A stretch of 64,000 nucleotides of DNA from positions 5,544 through 69,543 of the IMG/VR virus record IMGVR_UViG_3300014205_000019. The stretch is one strand, 5' to 3'. The notes below the pieces were generated by a model. The model was not told the DNA's origin. It made no database searches and worked only from the letters and a program-made list of their open reading frames with translations. The translations under genes were made by a program, and so were the position numbers. The stretch comes from a virus. Its lineage: Duplodnaviria; Caudoviricetes. The first letter of the stretch is position 1. Each line of letters opens with the position of its first letter. Positions 49,665-59,100 of this stretch are shown in pieces.

Positions 49665-51665
49665 TTATTCCTCTATTCCGGGGATTTCACAGGCTTCCCC
49701 ATCGCAGTATTTATCTTCCATCTCGTGTAGGTCTTGTGCTGTATCAATGGTGAGTCGCGTTATCCTCGAACTCATTTCATGGAAGGTGGCCTCGGTTATA
49801 GACTCATACGGCTTCTGTTCGTAGCCGCTCTCGCCACCTAGTGGAAGGAAGGACACGCCCTTTAGACGCGACTCGCTCCACTCTAGCCAACCCTCAATGT
49901 CCTTTGGAGTGTGCTTCTCTTTATCAAACTTAACAGTAATACTGATGGCGTTATCAATGCCCACCCTTGCCGTATCAGCCGCCAGTTGTAGTTGCTGCTC
50001 GGGCGTTACGTCCCGCTCACTTACTACACCCTCACCGGCATCAACAGGGAAGGCTACAACCACCGAGGAAGGGTCAGTGACACTTGGCTCAACGTGGTAA
50101 CCACTGGCTGCGAGACTCTCAACAAGAGGGTGTTCGTTCGCCAGAGTAACTCGTCGTATATGAAAGCGACTCTCGACATTGTAGTGTATGCCGGGGGTGA
50201 CGCCCGCCACAAGTGAAACAGTTCCCGAAGGCTTAACACTAGTCCTGCGAATAGAACGAGGGATGCCAAACCACCTAGAATAAATCTCATCATATTCCCC
50301 TGACCATAGGTAGGCGCTCTCAATCCAATCTAGGTAGGTTGAGTAGTCGTGCTTCCCTATAAACTGTGTGATACCTGTAAAGGAGAGGCCGATACGCCTA
50401 TTCTTCTGCATCACACTACGGCTTTTTGCGTCGGGAACTAGGTCATTAACTAGGGCCACGGTCTTACCATACATATAAGCGTACTTAACTGCGCGTCGCA
50501 ATTCTTCTTTACTGTTTATATGCGGTAGATAGATTTCCACTAGTGTACAAAGTTCACGATGTTCGAGAGGCTGCTCGCCACAGGGATTAAACCCAACGGC
50601 GGCATCGTTTTCAACAGCCACCACGCCATTCATGCGGCCATAGTTGTGGACGTTTTCCATCCACGCATAGCCCGGCTCACCGGCTTCCCAAGTGCGCTCG
50701 GCGTAGTAGGAATAGTTCATTCCTCGATAGGCATAGATACTGTTATTAGATACCCATCCCCAGTCTTTACGTGAGACATTAGATGGTCTGCTGTAGTCTT
50801 TGAGGTTGACGAACTCCTCATCTGTAGGATAGCCGAATGCAATCTCCGCGCTTCGTCTAACATTGCCTGCGATGACACAGGTTCCAATGAGGTTGCATAT
50901 ATCCGTGATGAATCTCGATGATACTTTAATCCCTGTCCGTGCATGTATATCACAGATGCTTCGGATTTGTTCATGGAGTTTTTGGAGCGGCCCCGGCCCA
51001 CTTGCGACACCACCAAAGCCACGAATTCTCTCACCCTTGGGTCTAATTTGCGAGTAGTCAAATTCAATTCTCCCTGTGTTGGGGTAGAAATAGGAGTTGA
51101 TGAGGCTTTCAACGGAAGCGGCCCACTCTTCTCGACTGTCCCCGATAACAATTGTTCGCTTTCGGGATTCCACTGGGTTGTGTAGGCTGATTGAAAGATT
51201 CGCTCCCTTAGTGTCAAAGCCAATTCCTACTCCTTCCATTAAGCGTTCCATTACCCAGCGGAAGAAGTCGCCCTTCTCCTCATCTAGATAGGCTGAGGAA
51301 ATGAAGCCACAATTTTGCAGGGCTGTAACTACATTTCTTTCTAGGATGAAGGGAGTACCCATCTGCATGAGGCCGCGACCGGGTGGACTCCACTTCATAT
51401 TCCACATCATGTCGTAGGCTTCTCGCGCACTCTCCTGAGCCTTGTCCGCATCCCACTGGCGCTCTGGTATGTGTCGCTGTTGGATAAAGAACATGCCATT
51501 AATTACGCGCTCGCAAACATCAGTCCATGTTTCCATGCCCTCGACATTCGGGTTGTCGTCCCGACTATAGGTGCGATAGAATACTACCTCGCCTAGACCG
51601 TTCCACCCAAACTGGACAGGACGCTCTCGGTAACTATTGACAAACCCTTCGTCTAACTTGAACAC
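49665..51665 (-). CDS. nrdJ: Class II (adenosylcobalamin) ribonucleotide reductase
   Basis: PPGRG, LQNC, RRSA, FNPCGEQ, CTLVE, VKPSGTVS, C-terminal YCDGEAC. Confidence 0.93.
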   Translation of the reverse strand: MFKLDEGFVNSYRERPVQFGWNGLGEVVFYRTYSRDDNPNVEGMETWTDVCERVINGMFFIQQRHIPERQWDADKAQESAREAYDMMWNMKWSPPGRGLMQMGTPFILERNVVTALQNCGFISSAYLDEEKGDFFRWVMERLMEGVGIGFDTKGANLSISLHNPVESRKRTIVIGDSREEWAASVESLINSYFYPNTGRIEFDYSQIRPKGERIRGFGGVASGPGPLQKLHEQIRSICDIHARTGIKVSSRFITDICNLIGTCVIAGNVRRSAEIAFGYPTDEEFVNLKDYSRPSNVSRKDWGWVSNNSIYAYRGMNYSYYAERTWEAGEPGYAWMENVHNYGRMNGVVAVENDAAVGFNPCGEQPLEHRELCTLVEIYLPHINSKEELRRAVKYAYMYGKTVALVNDLVPDAKSRSVMQKNRRIGLSFTGITQFIGKHDYSTYLDWIESAYLWSGEYDEIYSRWFGIPRSIRRTSVKPSGTVSLVAGVTPGIHYNVESRFHIRRVTLANEHPLVESLAASGYHVEPSVTDPSSVVVAFPVDAGEGVVSERDVTPEQQLQLAADTARVGIDNAISITVKFDKEKHTPKDIEGWLEWSESRLKGVSFLPLGGESGYEQKPYESITEATFHEMSSRITRLTIDTAQDLHEMEDKYCDGEACEIPGIEE

Positions 51666-51775
51666 AAACCATACACCTCCACCAATCTTCCCCGAAAGGA
51701 GATAAAGAAAGACCCCACCCTCGGAGGGACGGGGCCGTTCTCAACTACATTTAATTGAACCTTCTTATTATACTA

Positions 51776-52156
51776 CTATTTCAGCCACTTGTCAATAGTT
51801 TCGTGGTGTGCATCAAGGAAAATTGAGGCAACAATATTGCCGAGGATACTTACGTCTGTCTCATAGCCGTCCATGCCTATCTCTAGTAGGTGCTTGGGCG
51901 ACGATACCTCCACTAGATAGTCCTTTGTGGTGGCCGTTAGCATATGTACAATCTCGTGGATAAGTGTGTTAACCCACTCAGTTCTATTCAATACGTGGTG
52001 TGGTAGTGTAGTAATCATTGCATCGCGGTAGTGTGGGGGCCACGTGATTGTGGCCTCGGCACCCTGTACCGGCATATCTCTATCGTCGCAAACAACCAGA
52101 CGCACGCGCCAGCCCGGTTCAAGACCAAACTCGCCGATAACATAGTCAGTCAGCAA
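51776..52156 (-). CDS. Zincin-like metallopeptidase domain protein
   Basis: TLIHEIVHML (HExxH). Confidence 0.6.
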   Translation of the reverse strand: MLTDYVIGEFGLEPGWRVRLVVCDDRDMPVQGAEATITWPPHYRDAMITTLPHHVLNRTEWVNTLIHEIVHMLTATTKDYLVEVSSPKHLLEIGMDGYETDVSILGNIVASIFLDAHHETIDKWLK

Positions 52157-52179
52157 CTCAAACTTCTTAAGTTCCCGTA

Positions 52180-52734
52180 CTAGTTTGGCGTTATTTGGGT
52201 CGTACCCGCTGAACTTGTATGTGAAGTCAGTAATTTAATCCCCTCTTCTAGTCCCAAGATTGGCTCATAGCCGTCGAACGGTACCAATACTGATAGGTCG
52301 CCGCGCTTGATGCCATCTGAAACCCGCTTGTATTCATCGAGCGCCTCTTCTTCCATTTCGTGGAAGGAGAGAATCTTAGTCTCGATGAAGCCATTCATTC
52401 CATGACCGAAGATAATAACAAAAGGTGAGCGTGTTTCAATAATCTTTTCTTTAAAGTAGGGAAGGAACCTGCGTAGTCCCTGTTGCTCCATCGGTTCAAC
52501 GTCGAGGGCCACTTCACGGATGCCGCCGTATACCTCGAAGGTATCGGCCAAGTACACTGTAAAGGCTACGGCCCCGACAGAAAAGTAAATAAAGTTCTTG
52601 ACGCCAATTAGGTTTACTTTAATCTCGTCGTTGTTTTCAAAGTATTCAAGCGTCGGAATGTCTTTCGACCCCGGCCTCTTGTACAGGAAAGACTGTTCCA
52701 GCACTAGGAGGTTTGAGGGAATTATAGAAGTCAT
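52180..52734 (-). CDS. Hypothetical protein
   Basis: 184-aa ORF, SD AAAAGG. Confidence 0.6.
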   Translation of the reverse strand: MTSIIPSNLLVLEQSFLYKRPGSKDIPTLEYFENNDEIKVNLIGVKNFIYFSVGAVAFTVYLADTFEVYGGIREVALDVEPMEQQGLRRFLPYFKEKIIETRSPFVIIFGHGMNGFIETKILSFHEMEEEALDEYKRVSDGIKRGDLSVLVPFDGYEPILGLEEGIKLLTSHTSSAGTTQITPN

Positions 52735-52778
52735 TTACCTTTTCTCCTAGCAGCCGATACAATTCCTCTTGGATAAGT

Positions 52779-53231
52779 TCAGTTAGTTTGTCGTCCTGCA
52801 TTGCTATTGTCGATAAAGGCGGAAAGAAGTAGGCGGGCCTGTTGCTCATCGAGGGCGCAAACTTGGCGTCCTTCAAGAAATAGATACGGGGTACCACTAA
52901 GGGTACGGATGGTAACTTTTGTTTCATTAGGAATTGATGTAGCGGGTCGGTTGGTATCAGCAACCACCGCTGGCTCGTCTCGTCTGAGACTATTAGTGTT
53001 TCCATGTGAAGCAACAATCCTATCATAGTTATCCACTATTACAAACATTACGCCTTTACTTTTCTCGCTTCGTTCCAGCATACAGTTAAAGGCTTCTTCT
53101 CTCGTATTAAATCTATCTTCTGTAAATTCTGATACGATAAGACAATAGTTGATTCCATGAACTTTTTTCATATACATAGAAGGAATCGTATACGACTGAT
53201 AAACCATGTGAACGTTATAGAGGGATTTCAC
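52779..53231 (-). CDS. Hypothetical protein
   Basis: GTG at 53231 after AAGGAG. Confidence 0.55.
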   Translation of the reverse strand: MKSLYNVHMVYQSYTIPSMYMKKVHGINYCLIVSEFTEDRFNTREEAFNCMLERSEKSKGVMFVIVDNYDRIVASHGNTNSLRRDEPAVVADTNRPATSIPNETKVTIRTLSGTPYLFLEGRQVCALDEQQARLLLSAFIDNSNAGRQTN

Positions 53232-53244
53232 TTCGTTCTCCTTT

Positions 53245-53955
53245 TTATTGGAGGTACCAGAGGATTTGTTCCGCAGTTTTAAGACCAACGCCCTTCACCC
53301 TTTCGCTTAGTTCCTTAGCATTTGCATTCGCTATGGCCTGCACGCTACCAAACTCATTCATAAGTTCACGCGCCATGATGGGGCCAACGCCCTTGATGCC
53401 CATTAGCACCGTCCACTTTGCTTCCTCCTTAGAAGGGAGCGAGAAGGACTTGGCACTAAGTGACAGGGTGGCGTGTTCCAATTTCGTCTCGTACTTATAG
53501 AGGGCCAGCAAGTAATTAGCGAGGTACCACTCAGCGGGATTGAACTCAATACGAATGCCGTGCCCCTGAATAGTTCGCAGTTTACCGGCGAAGCCATCCA
53601 CGGAAGCACGCAAGGTCATTTTGCCAGTCTTGATGCGCCCACCCCGTAGTGGATACCACGGCCCGTCAATGAGTAGGAGAACCTCGTCGGCCCCCGTCTC
53701 ATTCACACAGCCGTTCAACTGGCGGGCCATCTTAGTAGCCGGTTCCTTGATGGTGGCATTCGTAGAGTTAATGAAGTCACCGGGCGTCTTGCGCTCAATG
53801 ACTACGACACGCTTGCTGCCATCCTCCATGATGAGGTCAAATCGGAAGTCGCCATACTCCATCTTTTTAATTTGGACGGGGATACCGGCTTCCTCAAACA
53901 ACTTCTTAACGGGGTTGGCAACACGAGAATCCTCGCGCGTGTCGATGGTTAGCAT
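53245..53955 (-). CDS. ERCC4/XPF-family nuclease with HhH motifs
   Basis: IDTRE, GDF, IERKTPGDF..S, IKGVGP and VKGVGL HhH. Confidence 0.88.
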   Translation of the reverse strand: MLTIDTREDSRVANPVKKLFEEAGIPVQIKKMEYGDFRFDLIMEDGSKRVVVIERKTPGDFINSTNATIKEPATKMARQLNGCVNETGADEVLLLIDGPWYPLRGGRIKTGKMTLRASVDGFAGKLRTIQGHGIRIEFNPAEWYLANYLLALYKYETKLEHATLSLSAKSFSLPSKEEAKWTVLMGIKGVGPIMARELMNEFGSVQAIANANAKELSERVKGVGLKTAEQILWYLQ

Positions 53956-54714
53956 TTATTCTCCCGAGGTTTCTATTGGCTTAATGGGGGCCACTCGCTC
54001 GCCTCGTTCGGCGGCAGCGGTTACGGTATCAACATAGATTTTCCACAGCGGGAATTGGAACTCCATCCACAGGGAAGCCTTGCCACCATTCAGGTAAGGT
54101 CGGCCCTTGTCCTTGAAGGTGGTAACGAGGTTCTTACGCGGCATCAACTGTGCCTTAAGCGCCAACACCGTGTCAAAGCGGCTGATGTTGCGCTTCTCGC
54201 CACCGGGCCTGAACCCGATTTGCTTCCACATCATCAACTCTTCTTTAACGGCAGCGTCCGACTCACGTTGAATGTTGAAGTCGGCGTTGGGCTGTGCATA
54301 GGCAGTAGCGGCCACGTTGAATGGCGCTCTAGTGCAGGCTACGTCAAGGAAGTCCTTATTGTGCTTGCCCTTAATCCAGCCCCACTCATTCTGGCCGTGC
54401 TTAGTGGCGTCATAGGTGGACTGAATGATGTCCCACGCCTTATCAAGACCGTCAATAAGGAGCCAGTCGCCCGCCCCTAGTTCTTTCTTTGCCTTTGTAA
54501 AGGCTGCTTCAACTTCGTCCCAATTAAGTACAGAGATTACTTCAACATTATTTACATGAGGGAAGTAAAGGTTTCTAACTTTGTTCCACTTATTCTCGAA
54601 GTCGATTAGTATGAACTTTGCACTAGGGTAGGCCTCTGCAATCTCGAAGAGAACCGTGGTTTTGCCAACGCTGTCCCCTCCTACAAACAATACTGTCTCC
54701 TTATATTCTGTCAT
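53956..54714 (-). CDS. AAA/RecA-like ATPase (Sak4-like)
   Basis: GGDSVGKTT, LIDFE, LLIDG. Confidence 0.7.
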   Translation of the reverse strand: MTEYKETVLFVGGDSVGKTTVLFEIAEAYPSAKFILIDFENKWNKVRNLYFPHVNNVEVISVLNWDEVEAAFTKAKKELGAGDWLLIDGLDKAWDIIQSTYDATKHGQNEWGWIKGKHNKDFLDVACTRAPFNVAATAYAQPNADFNIQRESDAAVKEELMMWKQIGFRPGGEKRNISRFDTVLALKAQLMPRKNLVTTFKDKGRPYLNGGKASLWMEFQFPLWKIYVDTVTAAAERGERVAPIKPIETSGE

Positions 54715-54725
54715 TCATTCCTTTC

Positions 54726-55292
54726 TTACAAACGAGCGGGCAACTTCTGGAAGTATGGCTCAATGTTAGCGAATCGAGTGAGGTCAACCAACACGTTCTT
54801 GCCCGTGAGTTTATTCAACTCGGCACACTGGTAGGTGGCGGAGTGGTCAACGGCAGCATACTCAAAGCGCCATCCGATCGCCACCTTATCCTTGATAATC
54901 TCAGCCGCTTCCTTCCAAGTATGACGATATTCAGAACCTGCGCCATCGCTAATGAGTACGCACGTTGCCGTAGCACCCAAACCCACGGGGTCAGCCACGG
55001 TGTTCAGCGTTTCATAGATACCATCAAACAGTGGCGTACCACCAGAACCAAATACAAGAGGCATCCTGCCACGACCAAGAATTTCTGTTGGAGTACCACT
55101 AAACATGGTCAACTCGTATGGCCTACCATAGCCCAACTGCGTCACTTCAATCCAGTAATCGTTGGCCTTATCCTTTTGCATTTCGCGCAGCATATCTTTA
55201 ATTGCCGCGTCAATCGTGGGAGCAATGCCGCCCATAGAACCAGAGCAATCAATAATAAGGGTCAAGAACTTCTTAGCCACGGTACTCTCCAA
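54726..55292 (-). CDS. von Willebrand factor A domain protein
   Basis: MIDAS-type IDCSGSM, GGTPLFD, LISDG. Confidence 0.85.
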   Translation of the reverse strand: MESTVAKKFLTLIIDCSGSMGGIAPTIDAAIKDMLREMQKDKANDYWIEVTQLGYGRPYELTMFSGTPTEILGRGRMPLVFGSGGTPLFDGIYETLNTVADPVGLGATATCVLISDGAGSEYRHTWKEAAEIIKDKVAIGWRFEYAAVDHSATYQCAELNKLTGKNVLVDLTRFANIEPYFQKLPARL

Positions 55293-56064
55293 TGTTAGGA
55301 TTCACCCCACACTGTACACCACAGTTAGCACAGTGCCAACCCGGTGATGGTGGGAGGAAGCCGCTGTCAATTTGTTTTACTACTAGGGGTAGGTACTTTT
55401 CCATAAGCCATCGTGTGTGTCGGTAATCTCTCTTTGTCGTCTGCCACTCAATGCGCGGAGCCATAGTCTTAAGAAAGATGAACTGTACAAAGTGTACGTT
55501 CGAACGAATCATGCCAGAGATAGCATGATAGACTGTAGCCTGTAGGTCATACTCATTCATGTCCGCTCGGCGTACAGAGGTAGAGGTTTTCCAGTCGATG
55601 ATTGAATTTGATTCGCAGATAACGTCGATGTAGCCATGAAGGTGAGTATACTCAGCGCCCGGTACCAAGAGCGGTATGGTGCGGTAGGCCTCAACTTCGA
55701 TAGGCTTTATGTATGGAAGAATCTCTTCATAGATTTGTGGTACAAGTAGGACTGAATCCTTAATGCTCTTCTCTAGGAAGTCCGTGTTCCAGTTGATAAC
55801 TTCAAGGATGTTTTCCTTGCCGTTGTCGGTGTCGAACCCTTCATTCCAGAGAACATTCATTAAGTCCATAGCGTCGGTGACGCCCATCCACTTGCCCTGT
55901 AGGAAGGAATCATTAATGAGTTCTTCCATGAACTTGTGGATGATTGTGCCCCTGACTGACTTATCTGAATACATTGACTCGCGCTCAGCAAGTTTGCGTT
56001 CAACGTCAAATCTAAGGGCACAATCACCCATCTTGGATAACGAGGAATATGATAGTGCTTTCAT
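55273..56064 (-). CDS. PD-(D/E)XK RecB/Cas4-like exonuclease
   Basis: LSYSSL..MGDC, RGTIIH, GYIDVI, IIDWKT, QATVY, C-terminal CANC; ATG 56064. Confidence 0.85.
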   Translation of the reverse strand: MKALSYSSLSKMGDCALRFDVERKLAERESMYSDKSVRGTIIHKFMEELINDSFLQGKWMGVTDAMDLMNVLWNEGFDTDNGKENILEVINWNTDFLEKSIKDSVLLVPQIYEEILPYIKPIEVEAYRTIPLLVPGAEYTHLHGYIDVICESNSIIDWKTSTSVRRADMNEYDLQATVYHAISGMIRSNVHFVQFIFLKTMAPRIEWQTTKRDYRHTRWLMEKYLPLVVKQIDSGFLPPSPGWHCANCGVQCGVNPNIGEYRG

Positions 56065-56071
56065 TGCTTCC

Positions 56072-56100
56072 AGTATACCACATCCCCCGGTTAATGTCAA
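56072..56100 (-). promoter_or_regulatory. Sigma70 promoter, probably giving a leaderless mRNA
   Basis: TTGACA-N17-TATACT with TG; ATG 7 nt downstream. Confidence 0.8.
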
Positions 56101-56310
56101 GTCCTGCCCGTGCGAACGTTGGGGGGCAAGCACGTCTACAATGGAGTCCCCAAGACGGCGACCCATTGTGCCCTCACGTTTCAGCCTCAGCCGAGTGACA
56201 GAACCAGCAACGATGAGAAGCGGCTCGGATTTTAGAGTCCAGCCGTTCAGTCTACTTTTACTAGTAAAGTAAGACTTACTAGGGGGTCGTCTACTGCCGC
56301 TGCGCTTCTC
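56101..56310 (-). ncRNA. Putative structured intergenic RNA
   Basis: GAGAAGCG/CGCTTCTC (56303-56310/56215-56222) and ACAATGG/CCATTGT stems. Confidence 0.35.
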
Positions 56311-56883
56311 TTAGTATGCAGCCCTAGCGGACGCAACCTGCTTGGAGTTAGCAGCCGCATCCTGTGCAATCTCAATACCCTTCTCCAAGTCGAAGGCGAG
56401 GCGGTCACCAATGTGGGCCACCACGTCATAGCGACGCTGCGAGCGGCCATTGAACTCCTGCGTGTACTCAGCCACGACGATAACCTCACCGGCCACGTCA
56501 GCCGAGTCCGGCCCACCAGTGATACCAGCCGTTGCGAACTGCTTGGTCAAGCGGCCCACTGGCGTACCAATGTGAAGGGCAGGAGTACGACCTTCCTTAA
56601 CGGCGTCGGCCTGCTCGCGGGAGAGGTCGAATTCAAGTTCACGCTGTTCACCGGCACCACGGTCGGGCCAAATCTGAACAACAGGAAGGCTAAAGCGCAC
56701 AATCTCGAACGTACCATCACCCCCCTTCGCTGCGTCCTCAGCAATCTTCTCGGGGTTCTTGTAGTCGAACTTGTTGGCGCGGAAAACGCCAGCCGACTCA
56801 ATCTGATAAATCTTGTACGTTCGGTCGGTTACATTCTTCGCATCGAGGATGCCTGCACCAACCTGAATCTCACGAGTTTCCAT
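56311..56883 (-). CDS. Hypothetical replication-module protein
   Basis: 190 aa, SD GAAAGGA; sits between exonuclease and helicase. Confidence 0.7.
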   Translation of the reverse strand: METREIQVGAGILDAKNVTDRTYKIYQIESAGVFRANKFDYKNPEKIAEDAAKGGDGTFEIVRFSLPVVQIWPDRGAGEQRELEFDLSREQADAVKEGRTPALHIGTPVGRLTKQFATAGITGGPDSADVAGEVIVVAEYTQEFNGRSQRRYDVVAHIGDRLAFDLEKGIEIAQDAAANSKQVASARAAY

Positions 56884-56885
56884 TA

Positions 56886-58466
56886 CTATCCTTTCAAATC
56901 AAGATATTTAATTGCGTCCTTGAACCACTGTGGAATTTCATCCCAATGTTCTCGGGCTATCCGTTCAAACATACTATCAAGAATGTATATAGAGCAAAAG
57001 TCAGACTCGTTTCTCATCCCCCTCCCGGCTCCCTGTATTACATCTTGAATAGCCTTCCAACTATACCACTCAGGCTCAATCTTAATCCTTTCACGGACTA
57101 CCTCATCGCCTAGTGATAAGTATGGCACCTTAGGAATGATTACATAGCGACATTCATCATTCGGAAAGTCCTCACCCTCCAAGATGGAGGGCGAGAGTAA
57201 GACCACGGGCTTGTCGCTCTCTTTGAACTTACGGATTATATCATCCTTATCGTCCTTTGTATGGATTAGCATGTTGGCCTTGTGCTCACTACCTGCGTAG
57301 ATGCGCTTGGCCCTATCATAACTAACCGTATGAATGATGCCCTTGTGACCGTAGGCTTTATGTCCGTCGATGATGGAATCAATCTCATCCATCAAATCGT
57401 TGAACACCTTTGGTTCGTTGGCCGCACTCATTGGTGCCACGGGTCTATAGTAGATTGGCCTGCGCTCTGCCTCATAATTACTGCCGACCTCAATGAAGTC
57501 GTAGTCGGTAATGCCGAGTCTATCAACATCTTCCTTACTTATGGTGGCGCTCATCAGGACAATCTTGGGTATCTTGCCAAAGAGGTAGTCGGTGTGCTTG
57601 TCTACGAACACGGGCCGCACCTGATAGATGTAGCCAGTATTCGAGGACACCCACGTCTTACCCTCTTCGGTGTCAAGCCCTGCCTGATAGAACAGATTAA
57701 GTGTGCGGGCCAGCCGTTGTTGACGCGAGTAGCGCCTCATGGCATTCTTGTATTCTCGGCCACTACCCTTGATGCTATCACCGGCAGGGCCACCTGTTAC
57801 GCCGAACACTTTTGCCCTAGTTATCTTAAGGGTCTGCTCTACTTCTGGCAGGTGTGTTAGTGCCCAATCCGCCAGCCCCTCCACTGTTACGTCGAACGGT
57901 CTGCGCCAGTTCTCAGTAGCAATATCGCGGCCAGTTATCTCGGCACTAATGTACTTTTCTATTTCAGTGTGGACAAGGTGGGCTTCGTCGCACACCAGTA
58001 TGTCCGGTAGTTCAAAGGCATTGTTGAATTCAAGTTGGTGCATGTATAACGAGTAGTTGAATACTGCATAGTCTGAGGTAAAGGCCGAATCCCTGTCAAT
58101 GAAGTAGTCGCACTCGAACTTGCGAGTACATTGGAAGCCTACCTGACATGGCGCCATATCTACAGTGACATCGGTAATGAGACACTTGTAGTGCGAGCGG
58201 CCCTTTAATACTGGTGCATACTTATATGAAGTTTTCATTTGGTCTTGCAGTCGAATGGTACTAACGAGTGTATGTACTTTCTTCTTCAAGATTCGTTGAG
58301 CGGCTATTGACACCAGTGATTTACCTGTACCCGTTGGTGCAGAGATTATTAAGAAGCGCTTCTTGTTTCCGTACCAGTCCACTACCGCTTGGATAATGTC
58401 CTGTTGGTTTGGATACCACGCCTTATTAGGTAATCCATATGCCTGCGGGCTTTCTCCTACCTGAAT
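56886..58466 (-). CDS. DinG/XPD-family helicase, probable ATT start
   Basis: WYPNQQ, APTGTGKS, four-Cys cluster, DEAH, MSAT, EGEDF, QGAGRGMR; frame is open from ATT at 58466 after SD GGTGAGG. Confidence 0.9.
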   Translation of the reverse strand: MQVGESPQAYGLPNKAWYPNQQDIIQAVVDWYGNKKRFLIISAPTGTGKSLVSIAAQRILKKKVHTLVSTIRLQDQMKTSYKYAPVLKGRSHYKCLITDVTVDMAPCQVGFQCTRKFECDYFIDRDSAFTSDYAVFNYSLYMHQLEFNNAFELPDILVCDEAHLVHTEIEKYISAEITGRDIATENWRRPFDVTVEGLADWALTHLPEVEQTLKITRAKVFGVTGGPAGDSIKGSGREYKNAMRRYSRQQRLARTLNLFYQAGLDTEEGKTWVSSNTGYIYQVRPVFVDKHTDYLFGKIPKIVLMSATISKEDVDRLGITDYDFIEVGSNYEAERRPIYYRPVAPMSAANEPKVFNDLMDEIDSIIDGHKAYGHKGIIHTVSYDRAKRIYAGSEHKANMLIHTKDDKDDIIRKFKESDKPVVLLSPSILEGEDFPNDECRYVIIPKVPYLSLGDEVVRERIKIEPEWYSWKAIQDVIQGAGRGMRNESDFCSIYILDSMFERIAREHWDEIPQWFKDAIKYLDLKG

Positions 58467-58478
58467 TCGTCCTCACCT

Positions 58479-58721
58479 TTAATCCTCTACCCATTCATCG
58501 GCGAGCCAATCATCTACATCGGCCTGCTCATAATCAACATGATGCTTGTTAGTCAGCACCACGTCGGTCGTAAACTCTACATCCGCATCCTCGGCCACGT
58601 CGAAGGCATCGCCAAAGGCTACGAGTTTCTCGGCCATCGCCTTAGCCTGCTCTTCATCGCGCGCCTCAATAACCTGTGTGGCCGTACGGGTCTGACCTAG
58701 CGTAAGGAGAAACTTAGGCAT
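58479..58721 (-). CDS. Acidic hypothetical protein
   Basis: 80-aa ORF in operon. Confidence 0.65.
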   Translation of the reverse strand: MPKFLLTLGQTRTATQVIEARDEEQAKAMAEKLVAFGDAFDVAEDADVEFTTDVVLTNKHHVDYEQADVDDWLADEWVED

Positions 58722-59004
58722 CGGCCTTAGCCACCTTAGCCGCCTTAGCCTCTACCCTCTTATCATACGAAGCCTGCCTCTTGGCTGCCCGTACCCGCGC
58801 CTCTTCCATCGCCTTAGTCAGAGTGCTAACAAGAGTAAGAGTTTCCTTTTCATTTAGCGAAGCGGACTTACCTTCAATAGCAATGGAAACCTCTGGTGTA
58901 AAGGTGTCGCGGTTCGTAGAGTAATCACTATCGTAGGTCGCACGAACTACAATAACCTCTTCGTCACGCCAATTACTAGCCTTAAAAATCTTAGCCATTA
59001 TCAT
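58714..59004 (-). CDS. Hypothetical protein
   Basis: 96-aa ORF, SD GAAAGGA. Confidence 0.65.
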   Translation of the reverse strand: MIMAKIFKASNWRDEEVIVVRATYDSDYSTNRDTFTPEVSIAIEGKSASLNEKETLTLVSTLTKAMEEARVRAAKRQASYDKRVEAKAAKVAKADA

Positions 59005-59100
59005 ATCCTTTCAAATACGAACCGTGGAGCGTCGCCCTGCCAACAGGAAGGGACGGCCAGCCCCCTCCCCTTCGGGGAGAAGGGATAACCGCGAGCCGCC

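Noticed and set aside
56165-56195. Hammerhead-like CTGAGGCTGAAAC
   Set aside because: Lacks A9 and stem II of the CUGANGA...GAAA core
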